This document shows positions 19,300 through 27,615 of a stretch of DNA of 64,000 nucleotides, piece after piece. A model generated the notes under the pieces. It saw nothing but the letters and a program-made list of their open reading frames with translations. It was not told the origin of the DNA and ran no database searches. The position numbers were made by a program, and so were the translations under genes. The number at the start of each line of letters is the position of its first letter. The stretch's first letter is position 1. The stretch comes from Candidatus Chisholmbacteria bacterium RIFCSPHIGHO2_01_FULL_52_32 (lineage in GTDB: Bacteria; Patescibacteriota; Microgenomatia; UBA1400; Chisholmbacteraceae), in NCBI GenBank assembly GCA_001816585.1, contig MHCJ01000003.1:778681-842680 (forward strand), written 5' to 3'.

Positions 19300-20307
19300 T
19301 TATTTGTTGAGGTATGTTACGATATTCCGATTGTGTTCTTCAATGGTTTGGGCGTAATGTAATTGTCCTTCGTTATCTGAGAGGTAAAACCAAAAGGCGG
19401 ATTCTTGTGGATTGGCGACAGCGTTGAGAGAGGCGAGGGAAGGATTACAAATGGGGCTCGGCGGGAGACCTGTTCTTTTATAGGTGTTTAAGGGAGAGTT
19501 GATCTCAATATCCGCTTTTGTGAGTGATTTTTTCCACCAACTATCTTCTTTCTGCTGATATCCTAGAGCATATTGAATAGTCGCATCTACCTGAAGTGGC
19601 CATTGGTTCTTCCACCGTTTGATCAGGATGCCTGCCACGAGGGGGCGGTCTGTGGCGAAGCGTGCTTCGCGTTCGACTAGAGAGGCTAAAATGATTGCCT
19701 GTTCCATCGAGAGTCCCTGATTTCCGATTGCCGTGCGGGTATCTTGGCCTATTTTCCTCGTAAATGTCTCTGAGAGGAGATCTGCAATTTCTCTTGCTTC
19801 CATGCCTGTGGGAATGAAATAGGTATCGGGAAATAAATAGCCTTCTTTCCCTTCTGTCGCGGCAAGGAATTCTTCCCGGTTAAAGCTTAAGCCTCGCTTT
19901 GTGAATTGATCACTGAGCTCCATTGCCATTTCCTCCCTTCTCCATCCCTCAATAAGAGTTACCCTTATATCCGAGGTGCCGTGGGTCAGGGTCTTGGATA
20001 TTTCATCCAAGCTCATCGCTTTCGAGAGTTCATAGTCTCCGGCTTGTATGCTCTTTTGGAGTCCTTTTCCCACTACCAATATTTTAAATGCTCCTTTTGA
20101 ACGAATGAGATCCTCGTTGGTTAATTTTTTACCAATGGCGTCTATCGAATCGCCGCGGGTGACCGTTATCATTATCTTTTCTTCTGCCTTGGGATCGACT
20201 GGAGAGGTCAACAAGCGGAAGCCTGCACTTATCCCTACAATGGCAAGTAAGAGACCGCCTATGAGAGAGGCAGATAACGCATTTCTGGTTCGTTGTCCCT
20301 TGTTCAT
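19300..20307 (-). CDS. mltG: Endolytic murein transglycosylase MltG/YceG family
   Basis: 335 aa; N-terminal TM, YceG-like domain (..YLFPDTYF.., ..GLPPSPI..NP..). Confidence 0.85.
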   Translation of the reverse strand: MNKGQRTRNALSASLIGGLLLAIVGISAGFRLLTSPVDPKAEEKIMITVTRGDSIDAIGKKLTNEDLIRSKGAFKILVVGKGLQKSIQAGDYELSKAMSLDEISKTLTHGTSDIRVTLIEGWRREEMAMELSDQFTKRGLSFNREEFLAATEGKEGYLFPDTYFIPTGMEAREIADLLSETFTRKIGQDTRTAIGNQGLSMEQAIILASLVEREARFATDRPLVAGILIKRWKNQWPLQVDATIQYALGYQQKEDSWWKKSLTKADIEINSPLNTYKRTGLPPSPICNPSLASLNAVANPQESAFWFYLSDNEGQLHYAQTIEEHNRNIVTYLNK

Positions 20308-20333
20308 ACGGGGGTATCTGCTTTTGGAGAACC

Positions 20334-20534
20334 TTACACTTCTTCAAAGAAGGCACGTCGGTATTTACCGGTCTGCGGATCGTGGATGAAGATCCGACCG
20401 CACTTACAGGTGACCTTCTCCGTTCCGTCTTTGCGCTTCACTTTCTTTCCGCGGAAAAGCGGTGTACCGCACCCGGCGCATTGTCCACGGGAGAGCAACC
20501 AAGCCTGAACTGGAGCGATAATGTTTTTCAACAT
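20334..20534 (-). CDS. Small Cys4 zinc-ribbon protein (66 aa), function unknown
   Basis: CAGCG...CKCG spacing of a zinc ribbon; own ATG; sits between ruvX and mltG. Confidence 0.45.
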   Translation of the reverse strand: MLKNIIAPVQAWLLSRGQCAGCGTPLFRGKKVKRKDGTEKVTCKCGRIFIHDPQTGKYRRAFFEEV

Positions 20535-20579
20535 ACTTCCCGTCCATTATAACATCATTCCTCAACGCCGCTTTCTCTT

Positions 20580-20954
20580 TTATCCATCTATAAATTCCTG
20601 GAGGATGAGGGTTGCGGCATAGGCATGTTTTGGCCTTTTTCGTTTGTCCCTCCCACTGCCGCCCTCAATCAATTTCCGCGTTACCTGTTCTGTCGTGAGG
20701 GTTTCGTCTTGGAAGACAATTGGTATCTTTACGACTTGTTCAAGCTGTTGGGCAAATTGATGGGTTTTTTGGGCCATTTTTCCTTCAGAGAGGCCGACAA
20801 CTATCTTTTCGATCCCTTGTGTGTGGCATATTTGCCTGATCTCTTCGTACACTTTCGGAGCGGTCTTTAGGTTTGCCAAAGGCTCCGCAAGTGGACCGGT
20901 CGCTAAGGCCAGTCCGATATGTTTGAGACCGAAATCGATTCCGAGTATTACCAT
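20580..20954 (-). CDS. ruvX: Putative pre-16S rRNA nuclease / Holliday-junction-resolvase-like YqgF
   Basis: 124 aa, MVILGIDFGLKHIGLALA.. RNase H-like YqgF signature. Confidence 0.85.
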   Translation of the reverse strand: MVILGIDFGLKHIGLALATGPLAEPLANLKTAPKVYEEIRQICHTQGIEKIVVGLSEGKMAQKTHQFAQQLEQVVKIPIVFQDETLTTEQVTRKLIEGGSGRDKRKRPKHAYAATLILQEFIDG

Positions 20955-21019
20955 CCTGTACGAGTAAAAAGTGTAAATTGAAAAATACAGATTGGCGAAC
21001 TTTTCCCCTGTCTATGGCT

Positions 21020-21745
21020 CTAGACCTTGATGAGGGCAGCAGTAATCACAGCGCGACGAAGGTATGTTCCTGGCGGCGTACAGGTAATGAGGCGGAGATA
21101 TTCGTTGTCATACGATTGCTCAAGAACCGTGAGGTTATCGGGTTTTACCTCTGTTTTGTCAATTACCCGATAGGTATAGGAAATTCCATCGAATTTTATG
21201 AGCACTTCGTCTCCAATTTCCATCGTTGGGACAAGGGAAAAGATCGCCTTGTAATTCTTCGGATTGAAGAATTGGGGGAGAATTGAATGACCGAAGATAA
21301 TGGTTGCGCCCAGCTCTCCGGGAAGCGCTGAGCCTTTATATTGGACAAGATTTTTAGAAAGGTCTTCTCCGCCAATGGCTACCGTCGCGTCAATGATATT
21401 GAATTTCGGTATCGATAGCGTGTAGTGGGTAATTTTGGATTCCCTTGCCGTGTTCGGTTTCGCATTGGGAAACCAGTCTGTGGGATTCAGCAATTCCTGG
21501 CTCGCTGAGCCAAACTGATCGGGCTCGCTACCCTTTACAGGTATGGGGGTAACAAACTGTTGGGGCTTGAGACTTGGAGCGGTAAATACCTCATATGAAA
21601 CAATTGGCCAAATGACACTTCCTATGATCATCGTCCCGGCAACCATGAGCCCTTTTGCTGCTATCTTGGGTCGACTCTGTCTCCTATCGCTTGATCCTTG
21701 TGCTTCTGGCTCGATCCTTCGTTTGACGTACCGATAGGGTTTCAT
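21020..21745 (-). CDS. Sortase family transpeptidase
   Basis: N-terminal membrane anchor; catalytic His (IIFGHSI), Cys in LRLITCTPPGT (TLXTC) and Arg (YLRRAV). Confidence 0.8.
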   Translation of the reverse strand: MKPYRYVKRRIEPEAQGSSDRRQSRPKIAAKGLMVAGTMIIGSVIWPIVSYEVFTAPSLKPQQFVTPIPVKGSEPDQFGSASQELLNPTDWFPNAKPNTARESKITHYTLSIPKFNIIDATVAIGGEDLSKNLVQYKGSALPGELGATIIFGHSILPQFFNPKNYKAIFSLVPTMEIGDEVLIKFDGISYTYRVIDKTEVKPDNLTVLEQSYDNEYLRLITCTPPGTYLRRAVITAALIKV

Positions 21746-24024
21746 TCACGCTCTTCGACTTTCATTTCTATCGATATATTTTTGGTAAATCTCGGTATAT
21801 GTTTGAGACGGTCAGGAATTCCGCTAGGAGTAATCTGAATGTCTACCTTCACCACGTTCGGGAGTTTTTCTAAAAATTCTAGGGCAATATCCGGATATTT
21901 TCCTTTGAGGTCTTGTTTTAGCTGTTCCTCATCGATCTGCGGCACGAGAACCGCTTTGTACAATAGTGTTACTTGTCCTACGGCATCTTTCATATCAGCT
22001 GATCGAATTTCCGTTTGACTTTCCTCTTCCTGAAGCTCAAAGTCCTGGGGAGTTGCCTCGCTTATTGCCTGTCGTAGGATTTCCTTTAGGTCATCTTCTC
22101 TATAGGCAAGCGACTTTACTTTCAGCCTGATTGTCGCTTGTATCTTCTGTGCCTCATCTCCAACTTTTCCGCTCAATTCTTGGGATATTACTTCCGTTTC
22201 GGCTCCCTCGTTCAACACTCTGTTTCCTTCGTCCTCCTTTTCCTCTAGTTTTACTGCCCCTTCTGTCTTGAGTTCTGTCGTTAATTCGGCAAGCAGGGTC
22301 TCGATATCTTCGTCTGAAATTGCTGGAACTTCACGGCTCGTTCCTCCGGAAAATGGCGTTTCGTTTTTCGCATCGTATGAAGCCGTTGAGAAAGACTTTA
22401 GAGAAAAATCAGTATTGGTAGAGAGATTGTACTCGGATCCAATTTGCGAGGCAGTCGCTTTCCCTTTGGCTTTTCCGAACATCGTGGTGAGAGCCTCGTC
22501 ACTCTCCTTGGCACTTGCGGATGCGACCGTGACTGGACCGTCAAGGGTGAAAGCTAGGTTGTTCGGGCCCAACACTACTGTTCCTTCCGGAAATGTCTTG
22601 GTTGCCGTGGTCTTGTTATAGATCGTCACCTCACCCGCGGCTTTCTCTCCGACTACTTTGATTCCCGTCACTTCTTTTTCTTTGGAATTTTCCACTTCGA
22701 TCTCGACAATTTTCCCGGGAATGAGATTTTTGGCGCTTTCTATCTGCGTGCTTTCGGGGGAAATGGTAACGGTCAGCTCTTTCTCGAGCGTCCTTGGCTT
22801 AACATAGAGGATCAATCTGGCTTTGGGTATTGTCCAATAGCCATAGACGCTAAGACCCGTTAAAAGGCCGAAGAATCCGAGTGCAACGATCAGGGCGACT
22901 TTTATCCTTGTTGCGACCAACACATCCGGAAGAGATAGTTTGGGCATGCGGATTGGAAAAGGACGCGGGAGGAAGGCAAGGATGTGTTTCAGTCCGGTTC
23001 TTACATCTTGTCTCGCCTCCGGCTCTCCTCTCTGTTCTTCTTTCTGGGAGGTTTTCTTCGGAAAAAGAGGCTTTTCCTCATGTTCTTCCCTGTCTCGGGC
23101 GGTTGGTTGATACACATCGCTTTCAAGTTTAAACCCAATTTCATCTGCCTGAGCGATGATCTCGGGTTCCCCCTCCTTCTCTTTTTCCTCCGTTTCTTCT
23201 GCCTCCGTCTCCCGGGGTTCTTCTTGGACCTCTTCCCTGGTCTCGTCCTCTTCTTCGGTCATCTCAAACCCAAGTGCTTTGGCTGCTTCTGTCCCTCCAG
23301 CGATGGCGACCGCCTTGATCGTCACCTGGATGTCCAATATCTCTACCTTTGGAAAATGCAAGAACGGAAGTTTCTCAAGCCAATTATATGAGAGGAGATC
23401 CTGTCTTACGTCTTCCAAATTGAGCGAAGCGTTATAGAGAAGCATTCTTGAAGGGAAGTTCTCGGTCGTCTCGAACCGCGCCAGTCCTTCTTCCACATCC
23501 GCGCCGACATCTTCGCTCCGTGCGACTACCTCAGAGCCCACTACTTTTCCAAGATTGACAAGCGTCACCTGTATTTCTGACTGGTTAACGCGAACAAGGA
23601 TTGCTGTCGGCGGAGTTCCCTCTTCGCGTTTGAGGAGTTGAACGATCGCTTCCGTTGTGACCACAAATCCGATTGGTTTAAATCCGAATTTCTGGCTAAT
23701 TTGTCGAAGGGTCTTGGCGTGTTCCTTGACAATTTCTTCTCCCTCAACCCAACCTTCCTGAAGTCCAAAAATGACCTTGTTCGGCTCAGGTTTGATTTCT
23801 TCAAGTTTCTGAAGCGAATTATCGATCGCAACCAAAAGGCCCTCGTTTGAGCCCTTCTCGACCTCCCATTCCTCCGTTGTACCCACCTTTATAATTTTGG
23901 TTTGTCCGTCAATCACCTGCCAAACCGCGGTGGTTACCGTTTCACTCCCAATTTCAACTGCCAGGAATTGCTCTTGGGCTTTTTCTTTTGTGGTCAATTT
24001 TGAGAAAATGTCTTCCAATGCCAT
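21742..24024 (-). CDS. 760-aa bitopic membrane protein: compact FtsA/PilM-like actin-fold N-terminal domain, poly-acidic linker, TM helix, about 370-aa extracytoplasmic domain
   Basis: N-terminus FLAVEIGSETVTTAVWQV.. and later ..ILVRVNQSEIQVTLVNLGK.., ..IKAVAIAGGTEAAKALGF.. align with FtsA phosphate-1, phosphate-2 and adenosine motifs; E/D-rich stretch; TM IKVALIVALGFFGLLTGLSVYGYW; stop overlaps the sortase start (ATGA). Confidence 0.55.
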   Translation of the reverse strand: MALEDIFSKLTTKEKAQEQFLAVEIGSETVTTAVWQVIDGQTKIIKVGTTEEWEVEKGSNEGLLVAIDNSLQKLEEIKPEPNKVIFGLQEGWVEGEEIVKEHAKTLRQISQKFGFKPIGFVVTTEAIVQLLKREEGTPPTAILVRVNQSEIQVTLVNLGKVVGSEVVARSEDVGADVEEGLARFETTENFPSRMLLYNASLNLEDVRQDLLSYNWLEKLPFLHFPKVEILDIQVTIKAVAIAGGTEAAKALGFEMTEEEDETREEVQEEPRETEAEETEEKEKEGEPEIIAQADEIGFKLESDVYQPTARDREEHEEKPLFPKKTSQKEEQRGEPEARQDVRTGLKHILAFLPRPFPIRMPKLSLPDVLVATRIKVALIVALGFFGLLTGLSVYGYWTIPKARLILYVKPRTLEKELTVTISPESTQIESAKNLIPGKIVEIEVENSKEKEVTGIKVVGEKAAGEVTIYNKTTATKTFPEGTVVLGPNNLAFTLDGPVTVASASAKESDEALTTMFGKAKGKATASQIGSEYNLSTNTDFSLKSFSTASYDAKNETPFSGGTSREVPAISDEDIETLLAELTTELKTEGAVKLEEKEDEGNRVLNEGAETEVISQELSGKVGDEAQKIQATIRLKVKSLAYREDDLKEILRQAISEATPQDFELQEEESQTEIRSADMKDAVGQVTLLYKAVLVPQIDEEQLKQDLKGKYPDIALEFLEKLPNVVKVDIQITPSGIPDRLKHIPRFTKNISIEMKVEERE

Positions 24025-24066
24025 AGACTCTCCGCTTCGCCGATCGTGGAGAGGGAGTTTAGTTTC

Positions 24067-24104
24067 ATTCTAGCATCAAGGGGTGATTATTTCGAGCACA
24101 AGAA
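24067..24104 (-). promoter_or_regulatory. Candidate extended -10 promoter (TGcTAGAAT) for the FtsA-like/sortase operon
   Basis: Minus strand reads ...tcgaaaTAATCACCCCTTGATGCTAGAATgaaac; about 40-nt leader with GGAGAG SD before the ATG. Confidence 0.25.
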
Positions 24105-24120
24105 CCACTCTGTTTCTGTC

Positions 24121-25959
24121 TTATGAATGGAGTTCTGCGTAGATTCTGCGGATGCCGCTTTGGACCGGTTGTTCCTTTATGATGCGTATTCCGCCGATTC
24201 CGCCGGTCGATTTGACGTGGGGTCCGCCACAAAATTCTTTACTGAACCATTCCTTTGCAGGATCTTTGCCGATTGTGTATACGGAAACCATCGCTGGGTA
24301 ATTTTCTTTAAAGAATGCCAAGGCTCCTGATTTGAGAGCTTTGTCTTTTTCCTCCACCGTTCTGTGCACGGGAAGGTCTTCTTTAATTTTTTGATTGACC
24401 ACGGTCTCGACCTTGGCGATTTCCTCTCCAGAGAGCTTTCTTGGGTGTGAGAAGTCGAACCGAAGGCGCTCGGCGGTGATGTTACTGCCTTCTTGGCGAA
24501 CATGATTCCCCAGTATTTCCCGTAAAGCCTTGTGGAGGAGGTGGGTAGCGGTGTGGAGTTTCACGGTTTCGTCCGATTTATCGGCAAGGCCGCCTTTGAA
24601 TAATCCTTTTGTGGCGGTACGGGAGGTTTCCTGATGTTGACGTTTCGCTTCCTCAAAGCCTTTACCGTCAACCATGACTCTTTTTTGTGCAGCAAGTTCC
24701 TTTACCAATTCTGGTGGATAGCCGTAGGTCTGGTATAGGTCGAATAATTCGGTTCCTGTGATTGTTCCTCCCCCGACTTTCGAAAGCACCTTTTTCATTC
24801 CTTGAGAAAGCGTTTTCTCGAATTTGGTGATTTCGATACGAATGGTTTCCAGGATGCGTCCTTGGTTTTCTCCGAGATTCGGGTCAACTGTTATATAGGA
24901 GCCGCAGAGCTTATCGATGACGAGGTTGATGCTATTGTCAAGATCGATATCGGCAATTTTGCTATGGAGTGCTGCTCTTCTGATGAGTCTTCTGAGGACA
25001 TATCCTTGGAGTTTATTTGCAGGCTCAAAGCCATCGCTCACCATAAACATCGCTGCCCGCAGGTGGTCTAAGATTATCCTGACTGCTCTTATGCTCTCCG
25101 GCGAGCTGACCACAACGACTTTTTCCAATGTTTTCCTTGCTTCTGTAAAGATATCAATATTGAATATGTCAGGTTGATTTTGGCTGGCGGATGCGATGCG
25201 TTCGAGGCCGCCGCCGAAATCGACGTTTTTTTGGGGTAATGGCTTAAACGAATCATCTGCCTGTTTTTCATACTGCATGAACACCGAGTTGCCGATCTCT
25301 ACAAACCGACCGCAATTACAATTGAGGTGGCAGACTCTGCCAAACTTTGGGTCATGGGAAGTTTGAAAATCATAGAAAACTTCGGAGTCCGGGCCCCCAA
25401 TCTCTCCCGGTGGCATGTTTGCCGGTATTCCGGAGCGTGACCACCAGTTTTTATCGGCTCCGTATGTATAGATTTTGATGGTGGGTTCGAATCCATCAGC
25501 GCCTTTTCTGGCGGGAGCATTGGTCTTTAAGACTTTTTTCCAAACGGTGACTGATTCTTCATCTTTTGGAACAACCGCATCTCCCTCAAACACCGTTACA
25601 TACAGCCTTTCCGGTTTTAAGCCAATTTCTTCGGTGAGGAACTCAAAAAACCAGGGAAGTTGCTCTTTCTTAAAATAATCTCCAAGGCTCCAGTTGCCGA
25701 GCATTTCGAAGAACGTAATATGGCGGTTGTCGCCGACCTCGTCGATGTCTTCTGAACGAAAGCAAGGTTGACTATCCATCAACCGCCTGCCCATCGGGTG
25801 GGGCTCTCCCTTTAAGAAGGGAACCAGCTGTTGCATGCCTGAACTTGTAAACAAGGTCGTTGGATCATTGGGAGGCACGAGGGGTGCTTTGGGGATTTCT
25901 CTATGTCCCCTCATTCCGAAGAACTTGATGAACCTGGTGCGAATTTCGTTTGCCTGCAT
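24121..25959 (-). CDS. alaS: Alanine--tRNA ligase, short form (612 aa; catalytic, tRNA-recognition and editing domains, no C-Ala domain)
   Basis: FTSSGMQ, editing-site HxxxH (HTATHLLH) and CGGPHV motifs. Confidence 0.95.
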   Translation of the reverse strand: MQANEIRTRFIKFFGMRGHREIPKAPLVPPNDPTTLFTSSGMQQLVPFLKGEPHPMGRRLMDSQPCFRSEDIDEVGDNRHITFFEMLGNWSLGDYFKKEQLPWFFEFLTEEIGLKPERLYVTVFEGDAVVPKDEESVTVWKKVLKTNAPARKGADGFEPTIKIYTYGADKNWWSRSGIPANMPPGEIGGPDSEVFYDFQTSHDPKFGRVCHLNCNCGRFVEIGNSVFMQYEKQADDSFKPLPQKNVDFGGGLERIASASQNQPDIFNIDIFTEARKTLEKVVVVSSPESIRAVRIILDHLRAAMFMVSDGFEPANKLQGYVLRRLIRRAALHSKIADIDLDNSINLVIDKLCGSYITVDPNLGENQGRILETIRIEITKFEKTLSQGMKKVLSKVGGGTITGTELFDLYQTYGYPPELVKELAAQKRVMVDGKGFEEAKRQHQETSRTATKGLFKGGLADKSDETVKLHTATHLLHKALREILGNHVRQEGSNITAERLRFDFSHPRKLSGEEIAKVETVVNQKIKEDLPVHRTVEEKDKALKSGALAFFKENYPAMVSVYTIGKDPAKEWFSKEFCGGPHVKSTGGIGGIRIIKEQPVQSGIRRIYAELHS

Positions 25960-26066
25960 CTTTTTATTGATGCACCCGATTGTAGCAGATTCCTGTTTGG
26001 CTCCTTTTTCTCGCTTTGTCTCTATTCTACCTCGGGGATGGGGGTTCTGTTCAGACCGCTCTTCGG

Positions 26067-26435
26067 TTATCTCATGGGTCGTCCAGAGCGGGTGAAGTAG
26101 CGGACGACATTTCTCCCGTGTGCTTGGAGGCTTTCAATGTGGCTTACATCTTTTTCTTTTGTGCTTTCCTTCCTTTCGGACCGATCTTTTTTGGGTGACT
26201 GAATCAGCCTGTTGGTCTCTCCTTTTTCCTCAAGTTCCTCGTAGATTTCTTCAAGCTCGCTTAGCACACCATGTCCATGCTCCTGAAGGTAAGTCCTTAG
26301 CCTTCCTCCCTTTTTTGTGGCGAACATGAACATTCCCAAGGCTCCAAGGATCGCTCCCCAAAAGAGACCCGAGCTAAAACCGCCCCCATGTTGATGTCTT
26401 TCCTGTTCTTCTGTTTTTCCCATACTTCCCATCAT
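26067..26435 (-). CDS. YtxH-like small membrane protein
   Basis: Gly-rich N-terminal TM (GLFWGAILGALGMFMFA) then charged helical region; pairs with the DUF948-like neighbour. Confidence 0.5.
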   Translation of the reverse strand: MMGSMGKTEEQERHQHGGGFSSGLFWGAILGALGMFMFATKKGGRLRTYLQEHGHGVLSELEEIYEELEEKGETNRLIQSPKKDRSERKESTKEKDVSHIESLQAHGRNVVRYFTRSGRPMR

Positions 26436-26464
26436 CAAATTCCAAGCGGCATTTTATCTTTTTT

Positions 26465-26767
26465 TCAGTTCCCTTCCTTTGTCTCTTCGGACGTGTGGTT
26501 GGCTTTTTTCCTTCTTGAAAAGAAAAGCCCGATTGCATCAATTGTCTTACCGATGGATCGTAGACTCTCGATCGCTCCTCCCAGGCCCACTATCGGATGG
26601 GCGATAGACTTAGTAATCATCCCTACATCATCGAGCATCTTGTTCATCTTTTCCAACGAACGCCTTACTTCCCGAAGGATGTAGACAATTTGGACACCAA
26701 TCACCGTCAGCAGCGCTGTCAGGATCGTGATGACAATCACGAGTAGTACTTGACTTAGATCGACCAT
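26465..26767 (-). CDS. DUF948/YtxG-like membrane protein
   Basis: N-terminal TM followed by helical region (..LREVRRSLEKMNKMLDDV..). Confidence 0.5.
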   Translation of the reverse strand: MVDLSQVLLVIVITILTALLTVIGVQIVYILREVRRSLEKMNKMLDDVGMITKSIAHPIVGLGGAIESLRSIGKTIDAIGLFFSRRKKANHTSEETKEGN

Positions 26768-26822
26768 TCGTCGCCTTCGTTCCTTTCTCTATCCATAATC
26801 TGGAACTTTTCGGGACTTGTCA

Positions 26823-26852
26823 ATTGTAACTCTCTAGTTTCTACGTATTCAA
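26823..26852 (-). promoter_or_regulatory. Candidate sigma70-type promoter (TTGAAT-N18-TACAAT on the minus strand) for the DUF948/YtxH pair
   Basis: Reverse complement reads TTGAATacgtagaaactagagagtTACAAT. Confidence 0.3.
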
Positions 26853-26897
26853 AATGCGATTTATGATATACGAAGTGGTCTTTGTTCCACGGGGATA

Positions 26898-27533
26898 TTA
26901 GGGAACCACCGTTATCGTCCGTTGAATGGTTCGTACTTTTCCGGAGCGGCTGGTCGCTTTGATCGTAATTGTTCTTGTTCCTTGAGGAAGAATTAGGGAT
27001 TGGCTGAATGAACCGTCGGGATTTACCAACACTTCTTGATTATTGATTGTTAAGGTTGCCTGAGGGTCGGTTTTCCCTTCAACCGTGATGTCCGCACTCA
27101 CTCTGGCTTGCTCCTCTGGCTTTATCACCTCAAGTTCTGGTGCTCCAGCAAGCAGTTTGTACTGATAGAAAAAGTAGGTTGCCAAGAGTATTGCGAGAGA
27201 CAGAATGCCAACAATCGTTGTGGTCTTTGGGGTCCAAATGGCTCGCTTTTCGGTTGAGGGAGGAACCAGTTCTCTTGGGACTACCTGTCCCTTTATATTT
27301 TGGTCATAATCGCGGCGAAAGACGGCGAGGGCTTGATTGGGATCGAGTCCTACTGCATTGGCATAATTGCGAATAAATCCTTTGACGAAGGCTGCTTCTG
27401 GCAGGTTATCGTATTCGTTGTTTTCCAGCGCCTGGAGGTACTTGAGGTTTATTCTTGTTTTTTTCGCGAGTTCAATCCGTTTAAGCCCCTGTTTGAGGCG
27501 AGCGCTTTTTAGAATTTCTCCAACCGTTTTCAT
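26898..27533 (-). CDS. rodZ: RodZ-like cytoskeleton protein (HTH_XRE - TM - C-terminal domain)
   Basis: MKTVGEILKSARLKQGLKRIELAKKTRINLKYLQALEN HTH; single TM; beta-rich C-terminal domain. The long ORF-track start (27647, TTG) would overlap ftsK. Confidence 0.6.
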   Translation of the reverse strand: MKTVGEILKSARLKQGLKRIELAKKTRINLKYLQALENNEYDNLPEAAFVKGFIRNYANAVGLDPNQALAVFRRDYDQNIKGQVVPRELVPPSTEKRAIWTPKTTTIVGILSLAILLATYFFYQYKLLAGAPELEVIKPEEQARVSADITVEGKTDPQATLTINNQEVLVNPDGSFSQSLILPQGTRTITIKATSRSGKVRTIQRTITVVP

Positions 27534-27615
27534 GGATTCTTTTTCGATTCCTTGTTTTCTCTTTAAACCCCGTTTCTCTTCTGGGAGAATATATCGAGAA
27601 TTGTTATGATTTTTC

